Sequence record: SRR22947727_339
DNA: 64,000 bases
Direction: 5' to 3' (one strand)
This document shows, piece after piece, positions 20,130 to 29,254 of this stretch (positions within the stretch are counted from its first letter, which is position 1; each line of letters starts with the position of its first letter). The translations under genes and the position numbers were made by a program. Below the pieces are notes generated by a model, which was not told the origin of the DNA, did not search any database, and saw only the letters and a program-made list of their open reading frames with translations.

Positions 20130-20971
20130 AAACCGATAACATAAGTCAGGCTCTACTTGGTGAGCTTCTTTGTATTTCAGATAGTAAATGGGTCCTTGGG
20201 CATTGGTATGTAAAGGTCATTCCAAACGGACGTTCCGTACCTGACTTTTCCTCTATGGCAGGCATGGCGCAAGATGAACTTGGTCAAACCCGGGCAATGC
20301 TGGATTATTTAGAACAGAGTTTTAATTTACCTGAAAACCAATTGGAGTTTGGGCGATCAATTGAGGACATTCACAGTATGGAATTACTCGACGCGTCTCC
20401 AAGAAATTGGGGTGATTTCGTCGTAACCGCTTTTCTAGCAGAGCAAGCCCTGTGGAGTGTTCTAGAAGGCTTTGTGGGTAGCTCGAATGTTGGACTTTCT
20501 AACATGTGTAAAAAATTCTCCGAAGAAGGCTATTTTCATCGGCTTTATGTAGATGGCTGGATGGAGGCTCTGACGGATGAGGAAAAACAAGATGCGATCA
20601 AGGCCATGCCGAAACGGCTCGCCCATGCGCGCCAATGGTTTAATTTTGGTTCCGATCTTTTAAATGAAAAAGACGTAAGGCCTTGGAGTGCATCGGAGTG
20701 CCGTGAGCATTTTGAACTCGGTCTTGGTAATTTGGCGAAGGCTTTGTCTTTGGGGCTGCCTAAGGCAAATGAGTTTTCTGGCAGTTGGGACGGAAGACGG
20801 CGCAGACCTGAAGGATCTGCTATGCCGGCCGGGCTGTGGGAATATGTTTTGCCAACGACCGAAGCTGCGCAGATGGCACGAAGACCATTGGCTGAAAGCG
20901 TTAAGGACAATATTGATCTCTTCGTGAAGTCGAAAAAAGTCGATAAGACGGAACCGTTTTTCGAGCAATAA
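20126..20971 (+). CDS. PaaC-like structural subunit of the epoxidase
   Basis: ISDSKWVLGH, AQDELGQTR (His to Gln as in PaaC), FGRS, NWGDF, EEGYFH. Confidence 0.75.
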   Translation: MKTDNISQALLGELLCISDSKWVLGHWYVKVIPNGRSVPDFSSMAGMAQDELGQTRAMLDYLEQSFNLPENQLEFGRSIEDIHSMELLDASPRNWGDFVVTAFLAEQALWSVLEGFVGSSNVGLSNMCKKFSEEGYFHRLYVDGWMEALTDEEKQDAIKAMPKRLAHARQWFNFGSDLLNEKDVRPWSASECREHFELGLGNLAKALSLGLPKANEFSGSWDGRRRRPEGSAMPAGLWEYVLPTTEAAQMARRPLAESVKDNIDLFVKSKKVDKTEPFFEQ

Positions 20972-20974
20972 CAC

Positions 20975-21295
20975 ATGGTCAAAATTTTATTCAAACTTCG
21001 TGATGGCGTAGATCACTCTGTTGAGATTGAAGCCGGCTATTCCGTGATGGAAGCCGCCTATAATAATATGTTGCCAGGTATAGAAGCGGAATGCGGCGGC
21101 GGGGCGGCCTGCGCAACATGTCATGTTTATATTGCACCAGAATGGGAAGCAAAATTGCCGCCTATAGCCGATATTGAAGATGCTATGTTGCTGAGTGCTA
21201 ACGACCGGAGATCCAATAGCCGTCTGTCTTGTCAAATACATGTCACGGAAGACATGGATGGGCTCTCTGTTGAAGTTGCGGATAATGATATATGA
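20975..21295 (+). CDS. 2Fe-2S ferredoxin, adrenodoxin/putidaredoxin type
   Basis: SVMEAA, ECGGGAACATCHVY, SRLSCQ. Confidence 0.92.
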   Translation: MVKILFKLRDGVDHSVEIEAGYSVMEAAYNNMLPGIEAECGGGAACATCHVYIAPEWEAKLPPIADIEDAMLLSANDRRSNSRLSCQIHVTEDMDGLSVEVADNDI

Positions 21296-21392
21296 GAGCT
21301 TTAGGCGGCAATTGACAATGGCTTTGCAGAATTTGATTTTCGATTGAATGACCTTTTTGCTTTCATAGAGAAAAGCAAAAGAAGGAGATGTT

Positions 21393-22565
21393 GTGTCATT
21401 AGCAATTATTGGCTGCGCCGAAGTTCCAACAAAGCGCGATCCAGAGCGTAAACGATGGGATATTTTAAAAGATGTTTGCGTAAGAGCCATCCAAGATGCC
21501 GGAATAAGTAAAGACGATATCGAAGCGGTACTGTCGGTCAATCCAATGGCGCAACCTTCAATGGCACTGGATATGGCGCTGGGCCGAATCCCAGAGACGC
21601 TTGGGCTTAAGGGATGCAAAGATATATGTGTCCTAAATGCTGGCGGAGCCTCAACAACGAATTGTCTGCGTCTTGCTAAATCATTCTTAGATAGCGGTTG
21701 GGCCAAGTTTGTTCTCATACCGCACGTCACCGTTCAATCAGATATCTCAACAGAGGCTTTAATCAATTTCTTTGCGACAGCGCCTTTAGATCCCGAATGG
21801 GAATATCCTTATGGCGTAACATTTAACGGAGCTATGGGCCTCATTACAAACCGTTACATGCATGAAACAGGTACAACTCCTGAAGAAATGGCGTCAGTAA
21901 GTGTAGGATTGCGCGGCTGGGCAGCCCTTGACCCTATGTCTATTTTTCATGGGAAACCCGTAACGCTCGAGGATGTCTTGAATTCGCGTATGATTTCTAC
22001 ACCGCTACATTCCAAAGAATGTAACTTCCTTGCGGATGGCGGCGGCGCTCTTGTCGTTACGACTCATGAAATCGCTAAAGAAATGGGCAGACCAGCCGCT
22101 TATGAACTTGGTCATGATATGGCATTCATGGGAGCGACACCGGTACTACGGAGTGACGTTTTCTCAAGAGAAGCCTATCGCAGCTCAAGTCGGGGGGCTC
22201 TGGAGAAAGCTGGGCTAGGCATCAATGACATGGACCTACGCCAGATATATGGAGCTTATCCATATACCCAGTGTTCAGCTCTCGAAGGGTATGGCATCTG
22301 CGAAATAGGTGAAGCCGGTAAATTATGGGCCAGCGGTGAATGCGGCCCAGGCGGCTCATTGCCCTGTACGACAATGGGGGACGCAACAGGCCGAGGGCAT
22401 ACGGGCTCAGGCGTTTCTATGGCTTTTTACATTGATACATTCCGTCAAATTCGCGGTGATACGGGTGAGCGGCAAGTAAAAGACTGTGAGCATGCTATCA
22501 TTACAACGGCTGGAGGGTCAGTTATGAACGCGTGTACGACGATTTACGGAAGGAGCGCGACATGA
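21393..22565 (+). CDS. Thiolase-fold protein of SCP-x/Ltp2 type lacking the nucleophilic Cys
   Basis: AIIGCAE, LNAGGAS (no Cys at the NACAS position), EDVLNSRMISTPL, DGGGA, QIYGAY, QIRG...RQV; GTG start after AAGGAG. Confidence 0.8.
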   Translation: MSLAIIGCAEVPTKRDPERKRWDILKDVCVRAIQDAGISKDDIEAVLSVNPMAQPSMALDMALGRIPETLGLKGCKDICVLNAGGASTTNCLRLAKSFLDSGWAKFVLIPHVTVQSDISTEALINFFATAPLDPEWEYPYGVTFNGAMGLITNRYMHETGTTPEEMASVSVGLRGWAALDPMSIFHGKPVTLEDVLNSRMISTPLHSKECNFLADGGGALVVTTHEIAKEMGRPAAYELGHDMAFMGATPVLRSDVFSREAYRSSSRGALEKAGLGINDMDLRQIYGAYPYTQCSALEGYGICEIGEAGKLWASGECGPGGSLPCTTMGDATGRGHTGSGVSMAFYIDTFRQIRGDTGERQVKDCEHAIITTAGGSVMNACTTIYGRSAT

Positions 22566-22975
22566 GTGAATATCTAAAACCGTTACCGGTCATTCAGTCA
22601 TTCTCGCAACCTTTTTGGGATGCGGCCAAAGACGGCAAACTTCTCGTGCAAAAGTGTAATAGCTGCGGTTCTTCCATTTTCTTCCCAAGAGATCGGTGCC
22701 CTGAATGTTGGTCAGAAGATTTGGGCTGGATCGAAGCTAGCGGAAAGGGAGAGATCTATGCCTTTTCCGTTACCTATGAAGGCGTTGAAAAAGCTTTCAA
22801 AGAGGATCTGCCAATTGTTCTCGCATGGATTGATTTGCCGGAAGGCATAAGAATGCAAACGAATATTATCGACTGTAATCCCGATGATGTTTCTATCGGT
22901 ATGGCTGTGGAAGTAACGTTCAAAAAAGCCACTGATGATATTAACCTTCCATATTTCAAACCTGTGAGCGGTTAG
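22562..22975 (+). CDS. DUF35 Zn-ribbon/OB-fold protein
   Basis: PFWDAA, QKCNSCG..FFPR.RCPEC, SGKGEIY, IDLPEG, IGMAVEV; ATG at 22562 overlapping the thiolase stop. Confidence 0.9.
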   Translation: MSEYLKPLPVIQSFSQPFWDAAKDGKLLVQKCNSCGSSIFFPRDRCPECWSEDLGWIEASGKGEIYAFSVTYEGVEKAFKEDLPIVLAWIDLPEGIRMQTNIIDCNPDDVSIGMAVEVTFKKATDDINLPYFKPVSG

Positions 22976-23539
22976 GTGAGCGAGCCTAGCTGGGGCAAAT
23001 GGGGCACATGGGAGGACGCTGAGAGTTTTGTGGGAAAGACTGTTGGTGTAACTCGTTCCCCTGATGCCGTTGAACTTGGTGCAATAAGGCGCTGGCTAGA
23101 ACCTAAAGAGTTTGATTGCGCGCTACATACCGATTTGTCAGCGGCTAAGGCAGCTGGCTATAGAGATATAATAGCACCAAATACGATGGCATTTACATAT
23201 GGAATTGGACCTTATTGGGCACCGGAAGATGGGTTGTCCAAACCGGGATATGAACCTCGGCAAATATCGATTCCTGTTATTTTTGATGTTCCAGCGCCCT
23301 GCAAGCTCAGCTTTGCGACCAGTGTTGAGATTGAGTTTTTTGACCCGATTTATGTTGGTGATCAGATCACCTGTACATCAAAACTTATCAGCTTGGTAAA
23401 GAAAGAGCTTCGCGTTGGGGCGGGAGCCTTCTTTAAGCAAGAAGACACATATACCAATCAAGACGGAGGCGTGGTCGCGATAGCGCATCTCGATATTTTC
23501 CGGTTTAATCCACCCGAGGGAAAAAAGAGTGCATCATGA
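22976..23539 (+). CDS. MaoC-like dehydratase (FAS1-N/ChsH-type hotdog)
   Basis: VELGAIRRW, AAKAAGYRDIIAP, EFFDPIYVGD, NQDG. Confidence 0.75.
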   Translation: MSEPSWGKWGTWEDAESFVGKTVGVTRSPDAVELGAIRRWLEPKEFDCALHTDLSAAKAAGYRDIIAPNTMAFTYGIGPYWAPEDGLSKPGYEPRQISIPVIFDVPAPCKLSFATSVEIEFFDPIYVGDQITCTSKLISLVKKELRVGAGAFFKQEDTYTNQDGGVVAIAHLDIFRFNPPEGKKSAS

Positions 23540-23919
23540 AAGTCGGTGATACACTCCCAGAAATTTCAATCCCGATAACGCTACATCGTCTTGTTATGGA
23601 AGCAGGCGCTAATCGTGACCTGTCGATGATTCATCATGATACAAAGATCGCGCAAGCAACGGGCGCGCCGGATGCCTATGCTAACACATTTTTCCTGATG
23701 GGCATGTTCGAGCGGCAGCTCCGCGAGTTTATTGGCGTTACTGGCCGCATCAAAAAAATTGGCCCGATGCAGATGAAGACATTTAACTGTGTGGGTGATG
23801 TGCTGGTTTTCAAAGCCACCATCAAAGACGTGGTCGGCAATATGGTGTCTATCGAACAAATCGTCGAAAGCGAACGCGGCGTTACAACGGTTTGTAGGTC
23901 TAAAGTGGAAGTCGGTTGA
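23536..23919 (+). CDS. MaoC-family hydratase (catalytic partner)
   Basis: VGDTLP, NRDLSMIHHD (DxxxxH), GAPDAYAN. Confidence 0.8.
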   Translation: MKVGDTLPEISIPITLHRLVMEAGANRDLSMIHHDTKIAQATGAPDAYANTFFLMGMFERQLREFIGVTGRIKKIGPMQMKTFNCVGDVLVFKATIKDVVGNMVSIEQIVESERGVTTVCRSKVEVG

Positions 23920-24197
23920 CTTGCCTTCTCGTTGGTCAAGTCATTGTAAAAAATGACACCTTGTGGAAGCAATATGTAAATGGCGTGAGTAAATCTCTTG
24001 AACCATTCAATGCTTTAATACTCTTCCGTGGCCAAAAATCACAGGTCTTAGCCGGTGAAAACCCAACTGATTTAATAGTGACTATTTCTTTTGAAATACG
24101 AGAAGAAATAGATGTCTGGTTCAATAGCGATTTATACCAAAAACTTATTCCTTTGCGCGACGAAGCGGCAGACGTCATTATAACCACCTATGTTTGA
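23916..24197 (+). CDS. DUF1330-like dimeric alpha/beta-barrel protein
   Basis: 93 aa, LFRG...LAGE...ISF...WFNS.LYQ.LIPLRD. Confidence 0.7.
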   Translation: MTCLLVGQVIVKNDTLWKQYVNGVSKSLEPFNALILFRGQKSQVLAGENPTDLIVTISFEIREEIDVWFNSDLYQKLIPLRDEAADVIITTYV

Positions 24198-24242
24198 TGA
24201 GCGGTTGGGATATTGCTCTGAGGGCGAACGCCAGCTTGCAGG

Positions 24243-25313
24243 TCAACGGTTGTAATTTAAATCATATTGGTCGGCATAGGCAAATAGCGCAGGTAGGCCG
24301 CCCGTGTGAATAAACACGATTTTCTTGTCCGCCGAGATCAGACTTTTTCGAATATGATCGATCAACCCGCCCAGGGCCTTTGATGTATAGACCGGATCCA
24401 ATAGAACCCCGTCATGTTTCCCAGCTAGAGTTATTGCCTCAAGGCCACCCTCGGAAACTTTTCCGTATCCCGGATAAACGTAATTTGTGTGCACAGTCAC
24501 ATCATCTTCGGTCAATCTTGTTTCAATGCCCAGATGTTCGGCGCATTCATTGCCCACGTCGACAAAAGCCTGTTCAAAAGTCTTTCCTGCTTGAAGCGGG
24601 GTTTCAAGGCTGGAGACGCAGACCGGTTTTATGGACGAGTTCATATGTTTTAGTGCCAGAACGATCCCGGCATAGGTCATGTCGGAAGAACATACCCAGA
24701 GCTCATCCAGTCTAACGCCGGTGTGGTCGGCCTGATCCAGCAATTCGATCATCGCAGCCACATAGCCCACGGAATATTCCCCGACCTTGCTCTCATTGCC
24801 GAGACGTTCAACCAATACTTTCTTGCCCTGACTTTTTAGTTCCTCTGCTTTGTCGCGAACGAGCTGACCATATTCCGTCCAGGGTCCGTCAAATTCAACT
24901 AAAGTCACACGAGCACCGACCAACAGGTCGAGTAGCAATCCGCCCTCAATTGTCTCATCTCGTTTTCCGCGAACCTTATTGAGCACGAGATGGCATTCCA
25001 GCCCGAGCTTGGAACAGGCGGCCGCCAGTTGACGGCAATAATTGGACTGAACAGCGGCGCCGGCGACAACCGTGTCAAAACCCCGGGCAATTGCGCTCCC
25101 TAAAATATATTCAAACATTCGGGTTTTGTTGCCGCCCATGGCAAGCCCGGTCATATCATCGCGTTTGATCCAAATCTCTGGCCCGCCAAGCTCGCGGCTT
25201 AATCCCGGCATTGATTGAAAAGGCGTTGGCAGGCAGGCGAGCGAAACGTGCGGCAAGGCGCCGAGCGCATTTTCAAGAACTTTAATTTTATTTTTATTGC
25301 GCGGATTGAGCAT
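24243..25313 (-). CDS. PLP-dependent D-cysteine desulfhydrase / cysteate sulfo-lyase family enzyme
   Basis: IKRDD, GGNKTR (PLP Lys), QSN, LDPVYTSK and IHTGG (Thr/Thr rather than the Glu/Leu of ACC deaminase). Confidence 0.85.
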   Translation of the reverse strand: MLNPRNKNKIKVLENALGALPHVSLACLPTPFQSMPGLSRELGGPEIWIKRDDMTGLAMGGNKTRMFEYILGSAIARGFDTVVAGAAVQSNYCRQLAAACSKLGLECHLVLNKVRGKRDETIEGGLLLDLLVGARVTLVEFDGPWTEYGQLVRDKAEELKSQGKKVLVERLGNESKVGEYSVGYVAAMIELLDQADHTGVRLDELWVCSSDMTYAGIVLALKHMNSSIKPVCVSSLETPLQAGKTFEQAFVDVGNECAEHLGIETRLTEDDVTVHTNYVYPGYGKVSEGGLEAITLAGKHDGVLLDPVYTSKALGGLIDHIRKSLISADKKIVFIHTGGLPALFAYADQYDLNYNR

Positions 25314-25479
25314 TTTCGGCCTAGCTGAGTTGAGTTCCTAAAATGGCGGAAAGCTGCAAATTTGCGAAGGTCATATTCGGCCAATTGTCTGTCACAAATG
25401 GTAAGGCCTTCAGTCAATGATTGAATTCATCCCAGCTATCATACATGCTGGATCAAGATAGAGGTTTTGGGAAAGCATA

Positions 25480-26598
25480 ATGGGATATTACAAGTTCATG
25501 GAACGTTCGGCGTCTCGAATTGATTTCGATCTATCGCCCGCGCAGGAAGAGCACGCCAGGCAGTTGCATAGCGAAATTCTAGTCTTTGACGGGCTGATGG
25601 AATGTAGCTGGTATGACGGATTGGTGACCCAGTTAAAGCGCGGCGGGACCACGGCGGGGAGTCTTTCCATTGGCAATTTTGGCTATCATCGCTGGCAAGG
25701 GAAAACAGAGGATATAGACGCGCGCCTGGATGATTGGTGGAGCGCCGATACGCTTTTTTCCGACATTGGATTTGTGAACGCCAAAATATCCGAGCATTCG
25801 GATGATCTTGTGCTTTGCCTGAACTCCGCTGATATTGCTCAGGCAAAAAAGGACGGCAAAGTCGGCATCATGCTCGATGTTCAAAACACGGAGTTTGCAG
25901 GCAAAGACCCGGACCGGCTGGAGACGTTTTACAATCTTGGTCTTCGCCGGGCCCAGCTCACCTATAATATGACGGTTCCGGCAGGCGCTGGCTGTATGGA
26001 GACCCGTAATTCTGGGCTTTCAAATTTTGGCGCAGACATGATCGAAAAAATGAACGAAATCGGCATGCTCGTTGATACGGGGCATTGTCATTCCTCTACT
26101 CTAATGGACGCGCTGGATGTCTCGCAGGTTCCGATCACCTGCTCTCATGCCGGCATGGCATCGAGATGCAAGAACCCGAGAACACAGACCGATGAAGCTC
26201 TGGTAAAACTCGCGGACAATGGCGGCGTGTTTGGTATCGTCAGTACGCCGGGCGCTATTACAGGCACAGATAAATGTTCGGTCAAAGACTATGTCGAGAC
26301 CATTGATGCCGCCGTCAATCTGATCGGTGTTGACCATGTCGGATTCGGGTCCGATTTTTCTCTGGCGGCTTCGGTTGAGGAAATCATGACCGCGCCCGAA
26401 TGGAATGACAAACTTCGCGAAGCTGTTGGCGTGAATGTACAGGTCTGGCCATGGTCAGACGGGCATAAGGGTTTTGAGAATAATTCCGGATATCCCAATT
26501 TAACCCGGGGGCTGGTTGCCAAAGGCTATGCAGATGAAGATATCTCCAAAATCATGGGCGGTAACTTTATCCGTTTGATCAAAGACGTGATTGGGTAA
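25480..26598 (+). CDS. Membrane dipeptidase (M19) family amidohydrolase
   Basis: QLTYN, GLSNFG, VDTGH, SH, GVDHVGFGSDF, IMGGNFIRL. Confidence 0.85.
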   Translation: MGYYKFMERSASRIDFDLSPAQEEHARQLHSEILVFDGLMECSWYDGLVTQLKRGGTTAGSLSIGNFGYHRWQGKTEDIDARLDDWWSADTLFSDIGFVNAKISEHSDDLVLCLNSADIAQAKKDGKVGIMLDVQNTEFAGKDPDRLETFYNLGLRRAQLTYNMTVPAGAGCMETRNSGLSNFGADMIEKMNEIGMLVDTGHCHSSTLMDALDVSQVPITCSHAGMASRCKNPRTQTDEALVKLADNGGVFGIVSTPGAITGTDKCSVKDYVETIDAAVNLIGVDHVGFGSDFSLAASVEEIMTAPEWNDKLREAVGVNVQVWPWSDGHKGFENNSGYPNLTRGLVAKGYADEDISKIMGGNFIRLIKDVIG

Positions 26599-26600
26599 AC

Positions 26601-27878
26601 TCACCGGAACCGTGACAAAAGATAGTCATCGGCCAGAAGCTGTAAATTCGTGTCCGGTTTAGTCCCCAGGATTTGATGCGACAATAGCCGGGCGGACCCG
26701 GCCGCCAAGGTCCATCCCATCCAGCCATGACCAGTGTTTAAGAAAACACCGGGAATTTTTGTGGGCCCGATGAGAGGGACGCCATCAACATTCATAGGCC
26801 TGAACCCGACCCACGGTGTCTGGTTTTCGATGTGCGGCCTGACATTTACGCCGGGGAATACTTCGTCAAAGCAGCGATAGGCCCGATCCCAAAACTCTGT
26901 GGGCGTACTGAAATCAAGCCCCGAAAATTCCGCGCCGCCGACCCACCGCAGTTTTTTATCGCCAAACGGATTGAACCCGCTTTTCGTGCCAATATCGACG
27001 ATAGGACAATTGGGTTTCACCGGAAAGTCATCCATGGGGATTGTAAAGGAGAACCCTTTGGCGGGCTTCATCGGCAGGCGTATGCCCAGCATTTTTGCCA
27101 GTGCCGGACTGCCATTGCCCGCGGCAATCACCAGTCGGTCGAACGCTTTTGTGCCGGATTTGGTTTTGACTGTAGGATTGCCCTCTGACGCCGCGAGGTT
27201 TTCAACCTTGGTCCCATAAGAAAATGTGACGCCTTGCTCGGCTAAATAGGCTGCCAAGCCGATGCAAAACTGATGACTATCGCCGGATTTATCGGCGGCA
27301 AGCAATAGCGCGCCGGCGAGTTTATGCTCAATGGATTTCAGGCTTGGCTCATAGGCGATGGTCTCGCTTGCATCCAAAATTTTCACGGTGTCAGGATCTG
27401 GTGCAAGCTGACGTGCCATTTGACCATGGGTTTTCAGAGCCGCTTCATCTTCAAAAATTTCAAGAAAGCCCCGATCGACATAGGCGCAGTCAATGCTGGT
27501 TTCATCCAGCAAGGATTCCAGACTGTTTTTGGAATACGCCGCCAGTCTCTGGTTTTTTTGTGTGAGCCTGACAAAGTCGGTTTCATTGGCATATTTTAAA
27601 AACTTCGCGCCCCAAGGCACCATGCCCGGTAGCGCGCTCAGCTTGAACCGGATGGGCGCAGTTTCGGGGCTGAGCAGCGATGACAAAAACATCTTGAGCG
27701 AGCCGGGCGCATTCCAGACCGTCGGCATGGTATAGCTAAAACAGCCGCCATTTCCCAGGCTGGTGACCATGCCCGGGCTCTCTTCGCGCTCAAACACTGT
27801 AATTTCGTGGCCCGCTTTGTTGAGATAATGGGCCGTGCACAGCCCAATGACACCGGCGCCTATGATGGCGGTCTTCAT
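26601..27878 (-). CDS. D-amino acid dehydrogenase, DadA-like FAD enzyme
   Basis: IIGAGVIG, TSLGNGG, PAKGFS, GFRP, NTGHGWMGWTLAAGSA. Confidence 0.85.
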   Translation of the reverse strand: MKTAIIGAGVIGLCTAHYLNKAGHEITVFEREESPGMVTSLGNGGCFSYTMPTVWNAPGSLKMFLSSLLSPETAPIRFKLSALPGMVPWGAKFLKYANETDFVRLTQKNQRLAAYSKNSLESLLDETSIDCAYVDRGFLEIFEDEAALKTHGQMARQLAPDPDTVKILDASETIAYEPSLKSIEHKLAGALLLAADKSGDSHQFCIGLAAYLAEQGVTFSYGTKVENLAASEGNPTVKTKSGTKAFDRLVIAAGNGSPALAKMLGIRLPMKPAKGFSFTIPMDDFPVKPNCPIVDIGTKSGFNPFGDKKLRWVGGAEFSGLDFSTPTEFWDRAYRCFDEVFPGVNVRPHIENQTPWVGFRPMNVDGVPLIGPTKIPGVFLNTGHGWMGWTLAAGSARLLSHQILGTKPDTNLQLLADDYLLSRFR

Positions 27879-29203
27879 ATGGCCGGGCCTGGGCGCATAT
27901 TGGAGCCGTCGGAGAATCTGGAAAACCTGAACCGGTCAAGATCATGTCCCGGCGCATTGCCGCAGACAAGATCGGCCATCACTCGGCCGGCGCCGGGCCC
28001 AATCCCAAATCCATGTCCGCTGAACCCGCTGGCCAGAAAAAGACCCGGAACGCCGCTGATTTCGTCCATAACGGGCACCACATCCGGCGTTGCGTCAATC
28101 ATACCGGACCAGCTTTGCGCAAAGGCCAGACCTGCGAGCTCCGGCAATCGCTTATCAAAACGGGCTCTCATTTTTTTAAGTGCCTTGGTTTCCGGAGGCG
28201 GGTTCAGTACGCGGTTGGTTTCAAACGGCGAGGTCTGATCGCTTGTCCATTTGCGCCCAAATAGCGGTTTTTGAGTCGGGTCGCGCCCAAGTTTTATCCC
28301 GATTTCACTGGCGCTGGCCAGAGACGGCCTAAAGGTAAGGGCGTTTCTAAAACTGCCTGCCCCTATTATATGAGTAGTCAGACCCGTCGCGACCGTATAG
28401 CCGCCGTCTTGTCGTCGCCGTAAAAAAACATCCTGTAGCCCGAATGCCCCGCTATGTATTTCCGGCGCTTTTTCTGTCCGCGCCACAGTGCCCTGGACGA
28501 CAAGCTGGGGAAATTTGACACCCGAATTTGACAGAAACAAAGACGACCAGCCGCCAGCCGCGCAAACAACGGCGCCGGCTTTGATGAATCCATCTTCGGT
28601 CATAACTCCATCGAGTTTGCCGCCTTTTTTCTCCAGGGTTCTAACGGCGCAGTTTTCGCGAATAGTGACGCCGCGTCCCTGCAGGGTTTTTGCAATGCCC
28701 GGAACAGCTTTAAAAGGCTCGGCGCGCGCATCGCTGGGCGTTATGATGCCGCCTTTCCAGTCTCCGGCAGTGCTGCCAAAATTCTCATTTATTTCTGCCG
28801 CACTCAACATGCGCGTATCAAGGCCATATGTTTTTGCAAGTTCGGCCCATTCGGTAAAACCTGCCATCTCTTCTTCATTGTCAATCAATGCTGCGACGCC
28901 CTGGCGGGCTTTAAAACCCAGATCCGTTTGTGTTTCCCTGTCCATTTCCGCCCAGCATTCCAAGCTCTCAATGGCGATGGGGATTTCATCTGAATCGCGG
29001 CCGGTTACCCGAAGCCAGCCCCAATTTCGGCTCGATTGCTCGCAGGCAATGCGGCCTTTCTCGCATATAACGACTGATTTACCGCGCTTGTTCAGATACC
29101 AGGCCGTGCTGATTCCAATAATTCCGCCGCCAATAATAACCACATCTGCGGCTGGCGGCAGTTTGTCCCTGAAAGCGGGCGCGGATGAGAATGTAAAATC
29201 CAT
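27875..29203 (-). CDS. FAD-dependent DAO-family oxidoreductase (amino-acid deaminase-like)
   Basis: IIGGGIIG, EQSSRNWGW, WSGMIDATPD, GFSGHGFGIGPG. Confidence 0.85.
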   Translation of the reverse strand: MDFTFSSAPAFRDKLPPAADVVIIGGGIIGISTAWYLNKRGKSVVICEKGRIACEQSSRNWGWLRVTGRDSDEIPIAIESLECWAEMDRETQTDLGFKARQGVAALIDNEEEMAGFTEWAELAKTYGLDTRMLSAAEINENFGSTAGDWKGGIITPSDARAEPFKAVPGIAKTLQGRGVTIRENCAVRTLEKKGGKLDGVMTEDGFIKAGAVVCAAGGWSSLFLSNSGVKFPQLVVQGTVARTEKAPEIHSGAFGLQDVFLRRRQDGGYTVATGLTTHIIGAGSFRNALTFRPSLASASEIGIKLGRDPTQKPLFGRKWTSDQTSPFETNRVLNPPPETKALKKMRARFDKRLPELAGLAFAQSWSGMIDATPDVVPVMDEISGVPGLFLASGFSGHGFGIGPGAGRVMADLVCGNAPGHDLDRFRFSRFSDGSNMRPGPAI

Positions 29204-29254
29204 TGGAACCCTCGCGGTAAGGCGTTTTTCTTAATGTAAGGCCTATATAAAAAC

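Noticed and set aside
18384-21295. Calling this a canonical paaABCDE operon and assigning paa symbols
   Set aside because: Gene order, split PaaD, absent PaaE and diverged pocket residues argue against simple orthology
20987-21730. 247-aa - strand ORF
   Set aside because: Antisense to the ferredoxin and thiolase genes, with no recognisable domain
24243-25313. ACC deaminase (acdS)
   Set aside because: Has DPVYT and HTGG instead of the diagnostic DPVYE and HLGG
28488-29234. 248-aa + strand ORF
   Set aside because: Antisense shadow of the DAO-family gene, with no motifs
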